64,000 nucleotides of DNA from Mariniblastus sp. GTDB lineage: Bacteria > Planctomycetota > Planctomycetia > Pirellulales > Pirellulaceae. Below, in pieces: positions 51,522-62,889 of the stretch. The stretch spans positions 564 through 64,563 of the forward strand of contig JAQXDZ010000039.1 in the NCBI GenBank assembly GCA_029251085.1, read 5' to 3'. The translations under genes were made by a program, and so were the position numbers. Under the pieces are notes generated by a model. That model saw only the letters and a program-made list of their open reading frames with translations, did no database searches and was not told where the DNA came from. Numbering within the stretch: the first letter of the stretch is position 1; each line of letters opens with the position of its first letter.

Positions 51522-52478
51522 ATGAATTTCCTAGAAATACTAATTCACACCCTGCCTGTTTTTCTGATGGTCGGTGTCGGTTATTTAACGCGGCAACTCG
51601 GGGTCATTACTGAAGAAGCCGAAAAAAGCATCGTTCGCTTGGTGGTCAACGTCCTCTATCCCTGCTTTATTCTCACTAAAATACCTGGCAACGAAAGCCT
51701 GCAGCAGTTGTCTGTTGTTTTTATCGCGCTGACAGCCGGTTTTTTGCTGACGTTAACAGGCCTGTTTCTATCTCGCCTGGTTGGGGTCGGATTCAAAATT
51801 GAGAAAAAAGATGGGCTGAATACTTTTTCCGTTTCGACTGCGCTCCAAAATTACGGCTTCATTCCAATCCCGTTAATTGCAGGTCTTTTTCCAGACGTCG
51901 CGGACCAAACCTTAGGCGTGCTATTCGTACACAATCTAGGGCTTGAATTGGCAATGTGGACCGTTTGCATCGTCTTGTTGAGCGGAACTGCCAAAGGCGC
52001 CATGAAACGTTTAATTAATGGCCCAACCATTGCAATCATCGCCGGACTTTTGCTGAACTTCACTGACTTCCATCACTGGATTCCATCGGTTGCTCAAAAA
52101 GCTATCCTCGATCTCGGAAATTGCACGATCCCAATCAGTCTCGTTCTCGTGGGAGCGACTCTCGCGAGTGTAATTTCCAGTCATAAACTACAGCTGCAAC
52201 CAAAAGTAATTTTCGGATCCCTGTTGGTTCGATTCGCCATCATGCCCCTCGCGTTTATTGCCGTCGCCGCCTTGTTGACCGGTTCCCAAGAACTACAGCG
52301 TGTCTTGGTGGTTGAAGCTGCAATGCCAGCGGCAATTTTCCCAATCGTGTTGGCGAAGCACTACGGTGGCAAACCGAACGTAGCGGTTCAAGTCTGCTTA
52401 GCGACATCTTTGGTTAGCTTAGTTCTGACACCGGCGTGGTTACTTCTAGGATTACACCTGTTAGAGCTACAGCGTTAA
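51522..52478 (+). CDS. AEC (auxin efflux carrier) family transporter
   Basis: About 10 TM segments; NYGFIPIPL, INGP.IA and EAAMPAA. Confidence 0.85.
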   Translation: MNFLEILIHTLPVFLMVGVGYLTRQLGVITEEAEKSIVRLVVNVLYPCFILTKIPGNESLQQLSVVFIALTAGFLLTLTGLFLSRLVGVGFKIEKKDGLNTFSVSTALQNYGFIPIPLIAGLFPDVADQTLGVLFVHNLGLELAMWTVCIVLLSGTAKGAMKRLINGPTIAIIAGLLLNFTDFHHWIPSVAQKAILDLGNCTIPISLVLVGATLASVISSHKLQLQPKVIFGSLLVRFAIMPLAFIAVAALLTGSQELQRVLVVEAAMPAAIFPIVLAKHYGGKPNVAVQVCLATSLVSLVLTPAWLLLGLHLLELQR

Positions 52479-52761
52479 TCAAGCATTTTCATTGGTGCAA
52501 GCTTGCCTAGTCAAGCGAATTTCGCGATCCGAACCAACTCGCCCTCGCGAAATTTCACCCCGTGCTCAGGCTCAAAGTACAAACGGTACTCAACAGGTAA
52601 TTAAAGATGGAACCCGGGCCAATCGATCGGAGCCGGACCATGCTAAAACAAGGAATTTTTAATTGGCTTAGGTCGGAATATTTGACAATCACACTGCCAC
52701 CTGCGATATTCCGACAGTTCAACTAAAAAATCTCTACTTTAAACGTTTCGAAGACAAGCCA

Positions 52762-53220
52762 ATGTCCCAAAATCCTTACCAATCGCAACCAAGTACTCCC
52801 GGACGAATGCCACCTCAAGGGGGTGGAGCCTCCGCATCTAACAAAGTAAAAGGACCTGCCTTGGGAATGCTAATTTCCACAATTATCGGCGTTCTTCTGG
52901 CACTCCTCGGTCTTGCATTGAACATTTTGGGATTAGGTTTGATGGCGGCGGCGGACCAACCCGCCCCCGCCGAGTTTGCTTCCTTAATGGGTCAAGGTAT
53001 TTTTGGAATCGCCCAAGGCCTAATAGGACTCATTGGTGGTGGCGTGATTATCTTTGGATGCCTCAAGATGATGAAACTTCAGTCCTACGGCTTCGCTTTT
53101 ACAACCGCCATTCTTGCGATGATTCCCTGTATTTCACCCTGCTGTTTATTGGGAATTCCGTTTGGAATCTGGGGATTAGTCGTACTAAACGACCCACATG
53201 TCAAAAGTTCTTTTAGGTAG
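52762..53220 (+). CDS. Small membrane protein
   Basis: NPYQS N-terminus, 3-4 TM segments and IPCISPCCLLGIPFGIWGLVVL. Confidence 0.75.
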   Translation: MSQNPYQSQPSTPGRMPPQGGGASASNKVKGPALGMLISTIIGVLLALLGLALNILGLGLMAAADQPAPAEFASLMGQGIFGIAQGLIGLIGGGVIIFGCLKMMKLQSYGFAFTTAILAMIPCISPCCLLGIPFGIWGLVVLNDPHVKSSFR

Positions 53221-53442
53221 TTGAATCGCCAGCTCGTCAACCGCATCCGACGGAAGATCGGCTCGGCCTCTACGGCTCGTTGAGATGGTTTTATAACAAT
53301 TTAGATTAAGCACGACTGAAACCAAGTTGTGCTCAACAATCGATTCACGACTGCAAGAAATCAGGAAGTCGAAAAAGCGTCAATTGAGATCCGCAATGAA
53401 TTGCACCGCCGCTGTGACGCCGGAAAAACGAAATTCTAAGAC

Positions 53443-54660
53443 CTAATTCGCGACACGATTTGTATCGATCAATTCCTTGAACTGGCCAAACAGATACTGG
53501 CTGTCATGCGGACCTGCCGACGCTTCCGGGTGATACTGCACACTGAAAGCAGGATGGACGCTGTGCTTTAAACCAGCGATCGTATTGTCATTCAAATTTA
53601 AATGAGTCACTTCCAAGTCAGCAGGGAAGTCATCTTTAGAGACAACGAATCCGTGATTTTGAGAGGTGATTTCAACCTTACCCGTTTTCTCATCAATGAC
53701 TGGCTGGTTGGCACCACGATGCCCGAATTTCATTTTCACCGTCTTCGCACCACATGCGAGTGCGAACAACTGATGACCAAGACAAATCCCAAAAAGCGGC
53801 GTCTTGCCAATCAAATTAGCGATCGTATCGATGGCGTATTGAAGCGGCTCCGGATCACCCGGCCCGTTGGATAGAAAAATTCCATCTGGATTCAGTGCCA
53901 TCACTTCGTCCGCGGTCGCAGTTCCCGGAAGAACGGTCACGCGACATCCCTGATTAAATAAATGCCGAGCGATGTTCCACTTCATTCCGAAATCAAGCGC
54001 CACGACATGAGGAGCATCTGCATCAGGAGCCTGGGGCGCTGGCGCGTTTGTTCTCGTATCCCACCATTTGCTCAAATGTGTTTCCCAGTTAACCGGTTGA
54101 TCAGGAAGAACTTCGCTTACCAAATCCCTTCCAACCAGGCCAAGGCTCGATTTGGCCATTTCAATCAGCCTACTGTTATCGAGCTCCACGGATGAAATCA
54201 CTCCTTTGAGTGCACCCGCACTTCGAATTTTCCGGACAAGCGCCCGCGTATCGATATCAGAAATCCCGACAATTCCGTGCTTTTCCAGATAATCCTGGAG
54301 GCTGGATGAAGAGCGAAAGTTACTTGCCACTCGACTGACATTCCGCACAATGAAGCCCGATAAATGGGGACATCGGCTCTCGACATCCTCTTCATTAATC
54401 CCGTAATTACCCATCTCTGGGTAGGTCATAGTAATGATTTGGCCACGATAGCTGGGATCAGTCAATATTTCCTGATATCCCGTCATCGAGGTATTGAAAA
54501 CGACTTCCCCATCACAGGTCCCCGTCGCTCCAAATGCAAAACCTTCGAAGACAGTTCCGTCTTCTAAAGCTAACTTGGCTGGTTTTCGATCAGAAAATGG
54601 GTAATTGGTTGATTTAGGCGTGTCCAATACGTCTTCCTTTGACGATCCGTCCGAGATCAT
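53443..54660 (-). CDS. carA: Carbamoyl-phosphate synthase small subunit
   Basis: GEVVFNTSMTGYQE.LTDPSY, LSNGPGDP, GICLGHQ, ITSQNHGF and QYHPE. Confidence 0.98.
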   Translation of the reverse strand: MISDGSSKEDVLDTPKSTNYPFSDRKPAKLALEDGTVFEGFAFGATGTCDGEVVFNTSMTGYQEILTDPSYRGQIITMTYPEMGNYGINEEDVESRCPHLSGFIVRNVSRVASNFRSSSSLQDYLEKHGIVGISDIDTRALVRKIRSAGALKGVISSVELDNSRLIEMAKSSLGLVGRDLVSEVLPDQPVNWETHLSKWWDTRTNAPAPQAPDADAPHVVALDFGMKWNIARHLFNQGCRVTVLPGTATADEVMALNPDGIFLSNGPGDPEPLQYAIDTIANLIGKTPLFGICLGHQLFALACGAKTVKMKFGHRGANQPVIDEKTGKVEITSQNHGFVVSKDDFPADLEVTHLNLNDNTIAGLKHSVHPAFSVQYHPEASAGPHDSQYLFGQFKELIDTNRVAN

Positions 54661-54860
54661 TCAACGCTCCAACATTGATTGATGAGTTTAAACAGGAATT
54701 TAATCCGAGATACCTATAATTTAGCGATAGACTTTTCCAGTTGTAGCGGATTAAGCATCCATTTTACTTTTTTCTTAAAAATCGTTGCTCGATTGTCGAT
54801 GAGTTTAATGGCTGTGGGTCTCCGATAGGGATTTATTCCATAATCGGACAGCCAATTTTA

Positions 54861-54903
54861 GAAGGGTTTCAGTAGCGGCGAGCTGAAACCCTTCGTTTTT
54901 TTT
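54861..54903 (+). terminator. Strong intrinsic terminator with no upstream plus-strand gene
   Basis: GAAGGGTTTCAG...CTGAAACCCTTC 12-bp perfect stem followed by G and T8. Confidence 0.8.
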
Positions 54904-55502
54904 GCGCTGATTTACGCTTTTGGTTTTTTCTAAACCTAAAAACCTCGCAACTTTGGTGGCCTAACCAATAGCTTTTCGACCAACTGAGTAGCGTTCGCTC
55001 AGATCGTAAGAAAATCACACTCTAGGGCTTCGTTTTCCTCGACAGGCTTTACCATTTCGACATCCTTAGTTCTGGATTCGCTCGGGGCAAGCTAAAAAAG
55101 GGCTCCGGCTGCTTACCGCTCGGGACTTCAAACTTGGCGACACCTCGCCCAGATACAAGCTCGCTTGAGGTGCTTGCCGGACTCGCCATAGACGGGCTTC
55201 TGATAATTTAGCCGGTTCAAAGTCGAGCCAAACAGTCTGATGATGGTCGTTCAAACAGCCGGCAGGCTTAATTACCCGCAGATTGATACCTTCGGACGGT
55301 TCAGAGTCCGCTTTCGCACTCGAGGTACCGAAACCAACGTAAGTCGTTGGGAATTGTACTGAGGTAGCCCGGGGAACTTCGCTTCTGACTGTTTCTCACT
55401 CCAACACCTCTGATAGCCGTCGTGTCGTCTATTCCTTAAGATGCCGTCACTACGAAAACGTCTTTCTGCACCGGCAAGTCAAATATTTAAGGATCAAAAC
55501 TG

Positions 55503-56729
55503 ATGGGCTTGATTTATGTGCTCGTGTTTTTGGGTTTCTTCGCTGGCGCGTTGGTCTCTCCTGTCCTCTCACCAATGTTCCTCCACCCTCAAGATCACGG
55601 AGTCCTTTCTGCGGATACTTCTCCGGCAACGCGAGCATTTTTGCTCGGTGTCGCCATGGCCGTTTTCCGAGTTGGCGAATTTTTTGGCTCGCCTATTCTC
55701 GGACAATTGTCAGATAAATTTGGTCGAAAATTGGTGCTCGCCGCTGCAATGGGGATCACGGCAATCGGAAACCTCGCGATTGCTTGGTCGATTTCGGTTG
55801 ACCAGTTCTGGATCATCGTGGCTGGGCAGTTTTTTCTTGGTTTTGTCGGCGTTCTACTCGTCTTAGCCCAAGCCGAGGTCGCCCACTTTTCAACGGGGCC
55901 GGAAAAATCCCGTCGATTTGGGTTAATTTACATGGCCAGCAGCCTCGCCTATGTCTTTGCACCGGTCATCGGCGGCCATCTCGCGGATCAGAATTACTTT
56001 TCCTGGGCCTCTTATTCACTGCCATTTTATGTCGCCGCAGTGGTTTGCCTACTTTGCACCGGATTGATTCTTTGGCGTTTCCCAAATTCTGCGCCCTCAA
56101 AAGCTGAATCAGACGGTGTCCATTTAACTCGCGGGTTTCTTGAAATGGGAGAGGCGTTTAAGTTAGCACCGTTTCGAGCGTTGCTGATCGTCAATTTCTT
56201 TTTGTATCTCGGAATTGATTTTGTTTTTCAATTCAATCCCGTCTACTTTGTTCAAAAATGGGAATTCACCTCTTCGCACGTCGGTTGGCTGCTTTCCTAT
56301 ACCAGCGTTTCCATGGTGATGACCCAGTGGTTACTTGTGAAACCAGTAGGTAAAGGCAGAACGCCACGAGCTATAACGGCGATTTGTGCCGTTGCTCTGT
56401 CCGGTTTACTGATTCTCGAAATCCTGCCCAACCAATGGTGGTGGCTGTGCTTGATTTTGCCCTGCGTTGGAGCGGCGATGGCCCTCGCAACCACCAACAT
56501 GTCGGCCTTGCTCTCCGATACCGCACCTGCCGATGCTCAAGGCCGTATGCTTGGGGTCTCTCATTCAGTGCGCGTTCTCGGATCTGCCCTGCTCTGCTTC
56601 TGCGGAGGCATCTTAGCCGGACTCTCTCCGCAATATCCGATTCTCGTTGGAGCCGTCGCCTCAATCATTGCGGCAGCACTGTTGTGGTTCTATCGGCCAA
56701 AATCGACCTCGCAATCTCAATCGGCCTGA
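55503..56729 (+). CDS. MFS transporter (DHA1/TetA-like)
   Basis: About 12 TM segments; motif A G.LSDKFGRK, APVIGG.L and QGRMLG. Confidence 0.88.
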   Translation: MGLIYVLVFLGFFAGALVSPVLSPMFLHPQDHGVLSADTSPATRAFLLGVAMAVFRVGEFFGSPILGQLSDKFGRKLVLAAAMGITAIGNLAIAWSISVDQFWIIVAGQFFLGFVGVLLVLAQAEVAHFSTGPEKSRRFGLIYMASSLAYVFAPVIGGHLADQNYFSWASYSLPFYVAAVVCLLCTGLILWRFPNSAPSKAESDGVHLTRGFLEMGEAFKLAPFRALLIVNFFLYLGIDFVFQFNPVYFVQKWEFTSSHVGWLLSYTSVSMVMTQWLLVKPVGKGRTPRAITAICAVALSGLLILEILPNQWWWLCLILPCVGAAMALATTNMSALLSDTAPADAQGRMLGVSHSVRVLGSALLCFCGGILAGLSPQYPILVGAVASIIAAALLWFYRPKSTSQSQSA

Positions 56730-56787
56730 GTTTAAAAAAACGAACAGGGAATCCTGGACTTTGTTTTGTTTCGATCTGAGATGGAAC

Positions 56788-57390
56788 CTAGCGAAGATTG
56801 CGGACGACGCCAATGACGACACCAATGACTTTGACATCACGCGAGTAGATCGGTTTCATCGTTTTGTTGGCAGGCTGCAAGCGAACCCGATTCTTTTCGG
56901 GAAACCAGTACTTGAGCGTTGCATCGCCCTCGGACGTGCGTGCGACGACGATATCACCTTTATTTGCCGTCTGCCGACGTTTCACAATCACATAGTCTCC
57001 CGGAGCAATCTGAGCATCGATCATTGAATCGCCCTCAACTTCGAGGACATACGTTCCCTTCTTCGGCCACATTGATCCGACATCAATCCGCTCTGTTTGC
57101 TCCACAGCTTCCATCAATGAACCCGCGGCGACCCGACCGGCAAGCGGCAATCCCTTCAACTCTTCGTTGACTTCGTCCGTCAACACGATGGAGCGCGATT
57201 GATTGTTCGTTCGATTGATCAAACCCTTTTTCTGAAGAGCCGTGAGGTGGCAGATGACACCGTTAGGAGATCGGAACCCCATTTCTTCGGCAATATCTCG
57301 GATCGTTGGCCCGTAACCACGCTCCTCGATACAGTTTCGTATGTAATCAAAAATGGTTTGCTGACGCTTCGTTAACTTCTCTTGCAACAT
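56788..57390 (-). CDS. lexA: SOS repressor LexA
   Basis: LTKRQ..IFDYI...GYGPTIRDI, Ala-Gly cleavage site VAAG, catalytic GDSM and ATLK. Start placed at ATG 57390. Confidence 0.96.
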   Translation of the reverse strand: MLQEKLTKRQQTIFDYIRNCIEERGYGPTIRDIAEEMGFRSPNGVICHLTALQKKGLINRTNNQSRSIVLTDEVNEELKGLPLAGRVAAGSLMEAVEQTERIDVGSMWPKKGTYVLEVEGDSMIDAQIAPGDYVIVKRRQTANKGDIVVARTSEGDATLKYWFPEKNRVRLQPANKTMKPIYSRDVKVIGVVIGVVRNLR

Positions 57391-58097
57391 TTCCTGCTCC
57401 TTGAATGATCGCCAAATTTTATACATTTGTTCACTACAATGCAATCTCGGAATATTACCCCTCTTAAAACAGATCCCGACCCGAAAACCAGTCTCTTTAT
57501 TTAAAGTCGACTGCCCTGCCCTTGATTTACCGAACCCCGTTGAAAACCGAATAACCGTCAAATCAAGGAAACGACCGCCGATATTGGAAAAACGCCATTG
57601 CTCAGTAACGAAATGCACGTTTTCGCAACCACCCAAAACCTGCTAATGCCCCTATTTTAAAACCGATAACAGGCCGTCAGCGTGCGGAAAGATGACCCAC
57701 GCTAAAACCCGCCTTTGGCAGAAAACGCTCCATCATTGCCGTTTAAACGATCAATGGAATTCACTCTTCGCCAGGAGGCCGATATGGGGCCTTACGATGT
57801 GGCGATATTTCCGTTTGGGATTTACCAAATCGTTCTTCACTATCAAAATTTAAAGGCAAATTGAGCGATTCTGCGATTGCGGTTTTTCGTAATTTCAATA
57901 CCATTTTGTTCTTACTGTTGATTATCGCGAAAAAGCCACGAGTTCCTGTTAACTTCAAGTGCAGTAAATGGTTCTTGTAGTAGGTATTTTTACGGGAAAA
58001 CCCTGTGAAAAATTTCACGATGTCATAATTCTCGCGGCAACCTAATTTTGCAGGTTTTAAATCACCTGCAGTGACTTCACGCGTGCAAAGCAAAATA

Positions 58098-59441
58098 ATG
58101 GTTTATCAAATCAAAAACGGATTGGATCTTCCAATTGAGGGAAAGCCAGTCCAAGACATTGGCGGTAGTGCAGACGTTAAATCGGTTGGAATTATTGCTG
58201 ACGACTACGTCGGGATGAGACCAACGATGCTGGTGTCTGTTGGAGATCGAGTGAAACTTGGGCAACCAGTTTTCGCCGACAAGAAAACACCAGGGGTTAT
58301 TTTCACCTCCCCTGGGTGTGGCACCGTCAAGGCGATCAATCGTGGTGCGAAAAGGAAATTCGAGTCGATCGAAATCGACCTCGACGGCGACGATCAGGAG
58401 ATTTTTGAAAGCTTTCAAGATCTTCAATCTATCCCCAAAGAGGCAATCGAGAAACAATTAGTCGACTCTGGGATGTGGCAGTCGTTCCGGACACGGCCGT
58501 TCAGTCGGACACCTGCATTGGGCAGCGAAGCTCATTCGATTTTCGTGACAGCGACTGACACGAATCCACTTTCGGCTGAACCCGAACTGGTCATTGCAGA
58601 CAACGCCGAATTATTCGTGAGTGGTTTGACGATCATCAACCAACTCACCCTTGGAAAAACCTACGTTTGCACCCGCGACGATTCGCGGGTTCCCGGCAGT
58701 GAAATACCGGACGTTGAATTTAAACAATTCAAAGGCCCCCATCCTGCGGGATTGGCTGGTACCCACATTCATTTGGTGGATCCAGTTAGCGAAAACAAAA
58801 CTGTTTGGCAAATCGGTTATCAAGATGTGATCGCAATTGGCCACCTGTTTACAACCGGGCAATTGATGACTGAGAGAGTCGTCGCCATTGGTGGACCGCG
58901 AACTTCCTCACCGGGCTTGTACAAAGTCAGACTCGGTGCGTGTCTTGACGATTGCATCTCGGCCTCAACGCCTGAACTTGACAACTCTCGTGTTGTTTCC
59001 GGTTCGGTCTTATCGGGTCGGGCATCAGAGCCAACGAAGAACTATTTGGGCCGGTTCCATAATCAGATTTCAATCCTCGAAGAGGGTAACCACCGGGAGT
59101 TCCTCGGCTGGCAGAAACCTGGTTTTGACAAGTTTTCGGTCACCAATATTTACGGTGGTTCCTGGTTAAAAGGCAAGCTGTTTCCGTTCACCACGAGTAC
59201 CGGCGGCAGCAAACGCGCGATGGTACCTGTAGGTGCCTACGAACGGGTGATGCCGTTGGACATTTTACCCACCCAGTTGCTCCGAGCTTTGCTAAGCGGA
59301 GACACAGAAGAATCACAACAGTTGGGATGTTTAGAGTTGGACGAAGAAGACTTAGCACTTTGCACCTTCGTTTGCCCTGGCAAGTATGAATATGGTTCTG
59401 TTTTGCGTGAGAACCTGACCCTTATCGAGAAAGAGGGATAG
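58098..59441 (+). CDS. nqrA: Na+-translocating NADH:quinone reductase subunit A
   Basis: [29 protein letters not shown] and [16 protein letters not shown]. Confidence 0.96.
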   Translation: MVYQIKNGLDLPIEGKPVQDIGGSADVKSVGIIADDYVGMRPTMLVSVGDRVKLGQPVFADKKTPGVIFTSPGCGTVKAINRGAKRKFESIEIDLDGDDQEIFESFQDLQSIPKEAIEKQLVDSGMWQSFRTRPFSRTPALGSEAHSIFVTATDTNPLSAEPELVIADNAELFVSGLTIINQLTLGKTYVCTRDDSRVPGSEIPDVEFKQFKGPHPAGLAGTHIHLVDPVSENKTVWQIGYQDVIAIGHLFTTGQLMTERVVAIGGPRTSSPGLYKVRLGACLDDCISASTPELDNSRVVSGSVLSGRASEPTKNYLGRFHNQISILEEGNHREFLGWQKPGFDKFSVTNIYGGSWLKGKLFPFTTSTGGSKRAMVPVGAYERVMPLDILPTQLLRALLSGDTEESQQLGCLELDEEDLALCTFVCPGKYEYGSVLRENLTLIEKEG

Positions 59442-59448
59442 ACGCACG

Positions 59449-60741
59449 ATGTTGAGAAAATTATTAGACAAGGTCGAACCACTGTTTCACAAAGGTGGGA
59501 AGCTGGAAAAGCTTTACCCGCTTTATGAAGCGAACGACACTTTCCTCTACACTCCAGGGGAAGTTACCCACGGACAAACTCAGGTTCGGGACGCCATCGA
59601 TTTGAAGAGGATGATGACAATGGTCATCGTCGCTTTGATCCCCTGTATTTTCATGGCGATGTACAATACCGGATACCAGGCTCAACTTTTAATCTCCGAA
59701 GGCCAGGTAGTTCCAACCAGCGCGACACTGTTCGATGCCATCTGGAGCGGCAACTGGCGTTTCGATGTCCTCCAGTGGTTTGGAATTCTAGATTCGAACA
59801 ACATGTGCAGTTCGCCCGGGTCGTTTTTAAGCTTCGGCAGCCTGCTTGGTTGCACGCTTCATGGTGCTCTGTACTTTCTACCTGTCTACATCGTCTGCAT
59901 GGCGGTTGGCGGTAACTGCGAAGTGATCTTCAGCGTTATCAGAAAACATGAGATTAACGAAGGATTCTTGGTCACAGGAATGCTTTTCCCACTCACACTC
60001 CCTCCAACAATTCCACTCTGGCAAGTTGCTGTCGGCATTGCGTTTGGTGTGATCGTGGGTAAAGAAATTTTCGGCGGAACTGGCCGAAACTTTTTAAACC
60101 CTGCACTGACGGGACGGGCGTTCTTGTACTTCGCGTATCCGCTGAAGATCAGTGGCGACTCAGTCTGGACTGCCGTTGATGGCTATTCCGGCGCAACTGT
60201 TCTTGGCGAAGTCGCATTGCCTGGTGCCGCCGCGATCGGAACAACCGTCGCCACCATGAACTCTTCGTGGTTTGACTTCTTCATCGGCAACATTCACGGC
60301 TCGATGGGCGAAACGTCAACACTGGCCTGTCTCATCGGAGCGGCCTTCCTGATATTCACCAAGATTGGCTCATGGCGAATCATGTCGGGCGTAGTGCTTG
60401 GAATGAGTGCATTCTCATTTTTACTTTACCTACTTCCCACCACAGAATCGTGGGGCGAAGTTTCTAATATCTTGCCGTGGTGGCACATGGTTATTGGCGG
60501 ATTCGCTTTCGGCACCGTCTTTATGTCAACCGATCCGGTCTCCGCATCAATGACACGCCAGGGTAAATGGGTCTACGGAGCTTTGATTGGCTTCATGACC
60601 GTCCTCGTCAGATCGATCAACCCTGCCTTCCCTGAGGGAATCATGCTGGCAATTTTATTCGCCAACGTCTTTGCACCGTTCATTGACTGGTGCGTTGTCC
60701 AAGCAAACATCAAGAGGAGGGCAGCCCGTTATGCCGCTTAA
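59449..60741 (+). CDS. nqrB: Na+-NQR subunit B
   Basis: [27 protein letters not shown]-binding SGAT, and TDPVS. Confidence 0.96.
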   Translation: MLRKLLDKVEPLFHKGGKLEKLYPLYEANDTFLYTPGEVTHGQTQVRDAIDLKRMMTMVIVALIPCIFMAMYNTGYQAQLLISEGQVVPTSATLFDAIWSGNWRFDVLQWFGILDSNNMCSSPGSFLSFGSLLGCTLHGALYFLPVYIVCMAVGGNCEVIFSVIRKHEINEGFLVTGMLFPLTLPPTIPLWQVAVGIAFGVIVGKEIFGGTGRNFLNPALTGRAFLYFAYPLKISGDSVWTAVDGYSGATVLGEVALPGAAAIGTTVATMNSSWFDFFIGNIHGSMGETSTLACLIGAAFLIFTKIGSWRIMSGVVLGMSAFSFLLYLLPTTESWGEVSNILPWWHMVIGGFAFGTVFMSTDPVSASMTRQGKWVYGALIGFMTVLVRSINPAFPEGIMLAILFANVFAPFIDWCVVQANIKRRAARYAA

Positions 60742-61600
60742 CAAGGACTCATTACCGAATACCTTTCTCGTTGCGACAACTTTGTGTCTGACTTGTGCTC
60801 TCATTGTTTCTGCGGCGTCAGTGACGCTCCGCCCGTTACAGCTAGAGAATGCCCAACGTGATCGCCGAAACAACATTCTGCAGGTCAGTGGTTTCACGCC
60901 TGAAGAAATCAAAGAAGACGGTGGCATCAAGAAGGTCTTTGAAAGTCGGTTCGATGTCGAAATCATCGACCTCGATACAGGCGCCGACGCTCAAGTCGAG
61001 TGTCAGGATGCCATGAACAAGGCCAAAGATAAGGAAGTCAATCTTGGTGAGGAGTACGACCAGCTATGGGCTTCTAAATTGAATCCCGAAAAGGGGCTCA
61101 GCGAAAAGCTCGACAAAAAAGCTGACCTCTGTGGGATCAAGAGCCGCGAAAAATACTCAGAAGTTTTTATCATGAAGTCGCTCGAGGGCAAGCCTGAGTT
61201 GTACGTCTTTCCCGTCCGAGGAAACGGCCTGTGGTCCCTTATGCAGGGCTATCTTGCCGTTAAACCAGATTTCCAAACGGTCGTGGGACTCACGTTTTAC
61301 CAACAGGCGGAAACACCCGGTCTTGGTGGTGAAGTTCAAAACCCCGACTGGAAAGCTCTTTGGAAAGACAAGAAAATCTACGACGACGGCGAAGTCAAAC
61401 TGGCTGTGATCAAAGGTAACAAAGCGGGCAACGACTACGGCGTCGACGCACTTTCAGGTGCCACAATCACCTCCAACGGCGTCACCAACATGATCGATTT
61501 CTGGATGGGTTCCAAAGGTTTTGGCCCGTACATTGAAAAAATGAAAAATGAAGACAGCAGCAACACCAACGCTGCTGCCGGAGGTAACAATGTCAAGTAA
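60731..61600 (+). CDS. nqrC: Na+-NQR subunit C
   Basis: [16 protein letters not shown] and FMN-binding [11 protein letters not shown]. Start ATG 60731. Confidence 0.95.
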   Translation: MPLNKDSLPNTFLVATTLCLTCALIVSAASVTLRPLQLENAQRDRRNNILQVSGFTPEEIKEDGGIKKVFESRFDVEIIDLDTGADAQVECQDAMNKAKDKEVNLGEEYDQLWASKLNPEKGLSEKLDKKADLCGIKSREKYSEVFIMKSLEGKPELYVFPVRGNGLWSLMQGYLAVKPDFQTVVGLTFYQQAETPGLGGEVQNPDWKALWKDKKIYDDGEVKLAVIKGNKAGNDYGVDALSGATITSNGVTNMIDFWMGSKGFGPYIEKMKNEDSSNTNAAAGGNNVK

Positions 61601-62219
61601 AACATCTGCCAAGGATCTGGTGCTTGACCCGATCTTCAACAACAACCCAATTGCTCTGCAAATTCTAGGAATTTGCTCGGCACTTGCGGTCACCACAAAA
61701 CTCTCGACTTCGCTCACGATGTCATTTGCGGTTATCGCAGTGACAGCCTGCTCGAGTGCAGCGGTCGCGTTGATCAAAGATAGAATTCCGAGCAGTATTC
61801 GAATTATTGTTCAGATGACGATCATTGCGTCGTTTGTGATTTTGGTGGATCAGGTTCTAAAAGCCTACGCGTTTCAGCTGAGCAAAGAACTGTCCGTCTT
61901 CGTTGGTCTCATTATTACGAACTGCATCGTGATGGGGCGTGCCGAGGGTTTCGCAATGAAAAACTCTGTCTCTGACAGTTTCTTCGATGGACTTGGAAAC
62001 GGACTCGGATACAGCATTATTCTGATGGTCGTCGGGTTCTTTCGAGAGTTGTTTGGAAGTGGAACCCTCTTTGGATTCACAGTTTTCACAAAGCAATCCG
62101 CCGGCGGCTGGTACGAACCCAATGGTTTGATGCTACTCTCACCGAGTGCATTTTTCATTATCGGTATATTCATCTGGGTGCTTAGAACCTGGAAGCCAGA
62201 ACAGGTGGAGGAAGCATAA
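61590..62219 (+). CDS. nqrD: Na+-NQR subunit D
   Basis: [18 protein letters not shown] and [19 protein letters not shown]. Start ATG 61590. Confidence 0.96.
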   Translation: MSSKTSAKDLVLDPIFNNNPIALQILGICSALAVTTKLSTSLTMSFAVIAVTACSSAAVALIKDRIPSSIRIIVQMTIIASFVILVDQVLKAYAFQLSKELSVFVGLIITNCIVMGRAEGFAMKNSVSDSFFDGLGNGLGYSIILMVVGFFRELFGSGTLFGFTVFTKQSAGGWYEPNGLMLLSPSAFFIIGIFIWVLRTWKPEQVEEA

Positions 62220-62221
62220 CC

Positions 62222-62815
62222 ATGACTGATCTCATTGAATTATTTCTGCGTTCGGCTTTCGTCGACAACCTTGCACTTGCCTACTTTCTGGGAATGTGCA
62301 CGTTTCTCGCAGTTTCCAAGAATGTCAAAACCGCAATTGGCTTAGGAATCGCTGTCATCGTCGTCCAGGCGATTACTGTGCCGGTCAACCAATTGATTTT
62401 GAATCTTTTCCTCAAAGAAGGTTCGCTCTTTCTCCCCAAATACAATTTGGAGTTTTTAAGTCTGATTTGTTTCATCGGTGTGATCGCGGCGATGGTTCAG
62501 ATCCTTGAAATGACTCTCGATAAGTTTTTTCCGTCGCTCTACAACACTCTCGGGATCTTCCTTCCGTTGATCACCGTTAACTGTGCAATTCTCGGCGGAA
62601 CATTGTTTATGCAACAACGAGATTATGCTTTCGTCGAAAGCGTTGTTTTTGGGGTTGGTGGCGGTTTTGGATGGGCGTTAGCAATTATCGGCCTCGCCGG
62701 CATTCGAGAGAAATTGAAATACAGTGACATTCCTCACGGCCTTCGCGGGTTAGGGATTACGTTTATTATCGTCGGTCTTATGGCTTTGGGATTTCAGGCG
62801 TTCCTTGGTATTTAG
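62222..62815 (+). CDS. nqrE: Na+-NQR subunit E
   Basis: [25 protein letters not shown] and GIREK.KYSD.P.GL.GLGITF. Confidence 0.96.
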   Translation: MTDLIELFLRSAFVDNLALAYFLGMCTFLAVSKNVKTAIGLGIAVIVVQAITVPVNQLILNLFLKEGSLFLPKYNLEFLSLICFIGVIAAMVQILEMTLDKFFPSLYNTLGIFLPLITVNCAILGGTLFMQQRDYAFVESVVFGVGGGFGWALAIIGLAGIREKLKYSDIPHGLRGLGITFIIVGLMALGFQAFLGI

Positions 62816-62889
62816 TCGGCCACTGTGAACTCAGTTTGCCCGGTCTGAACCTCTGATTACTTTTCATCTTAAGAATTTGAACTGTTGCT

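Noticed and set aside
57391..57636. 82-aa N-terminal extension of LexA
   Set aside because: Canonical LexA begins at ATG 57390 after an AGGAG-type RBS; the extension covers the promoter.
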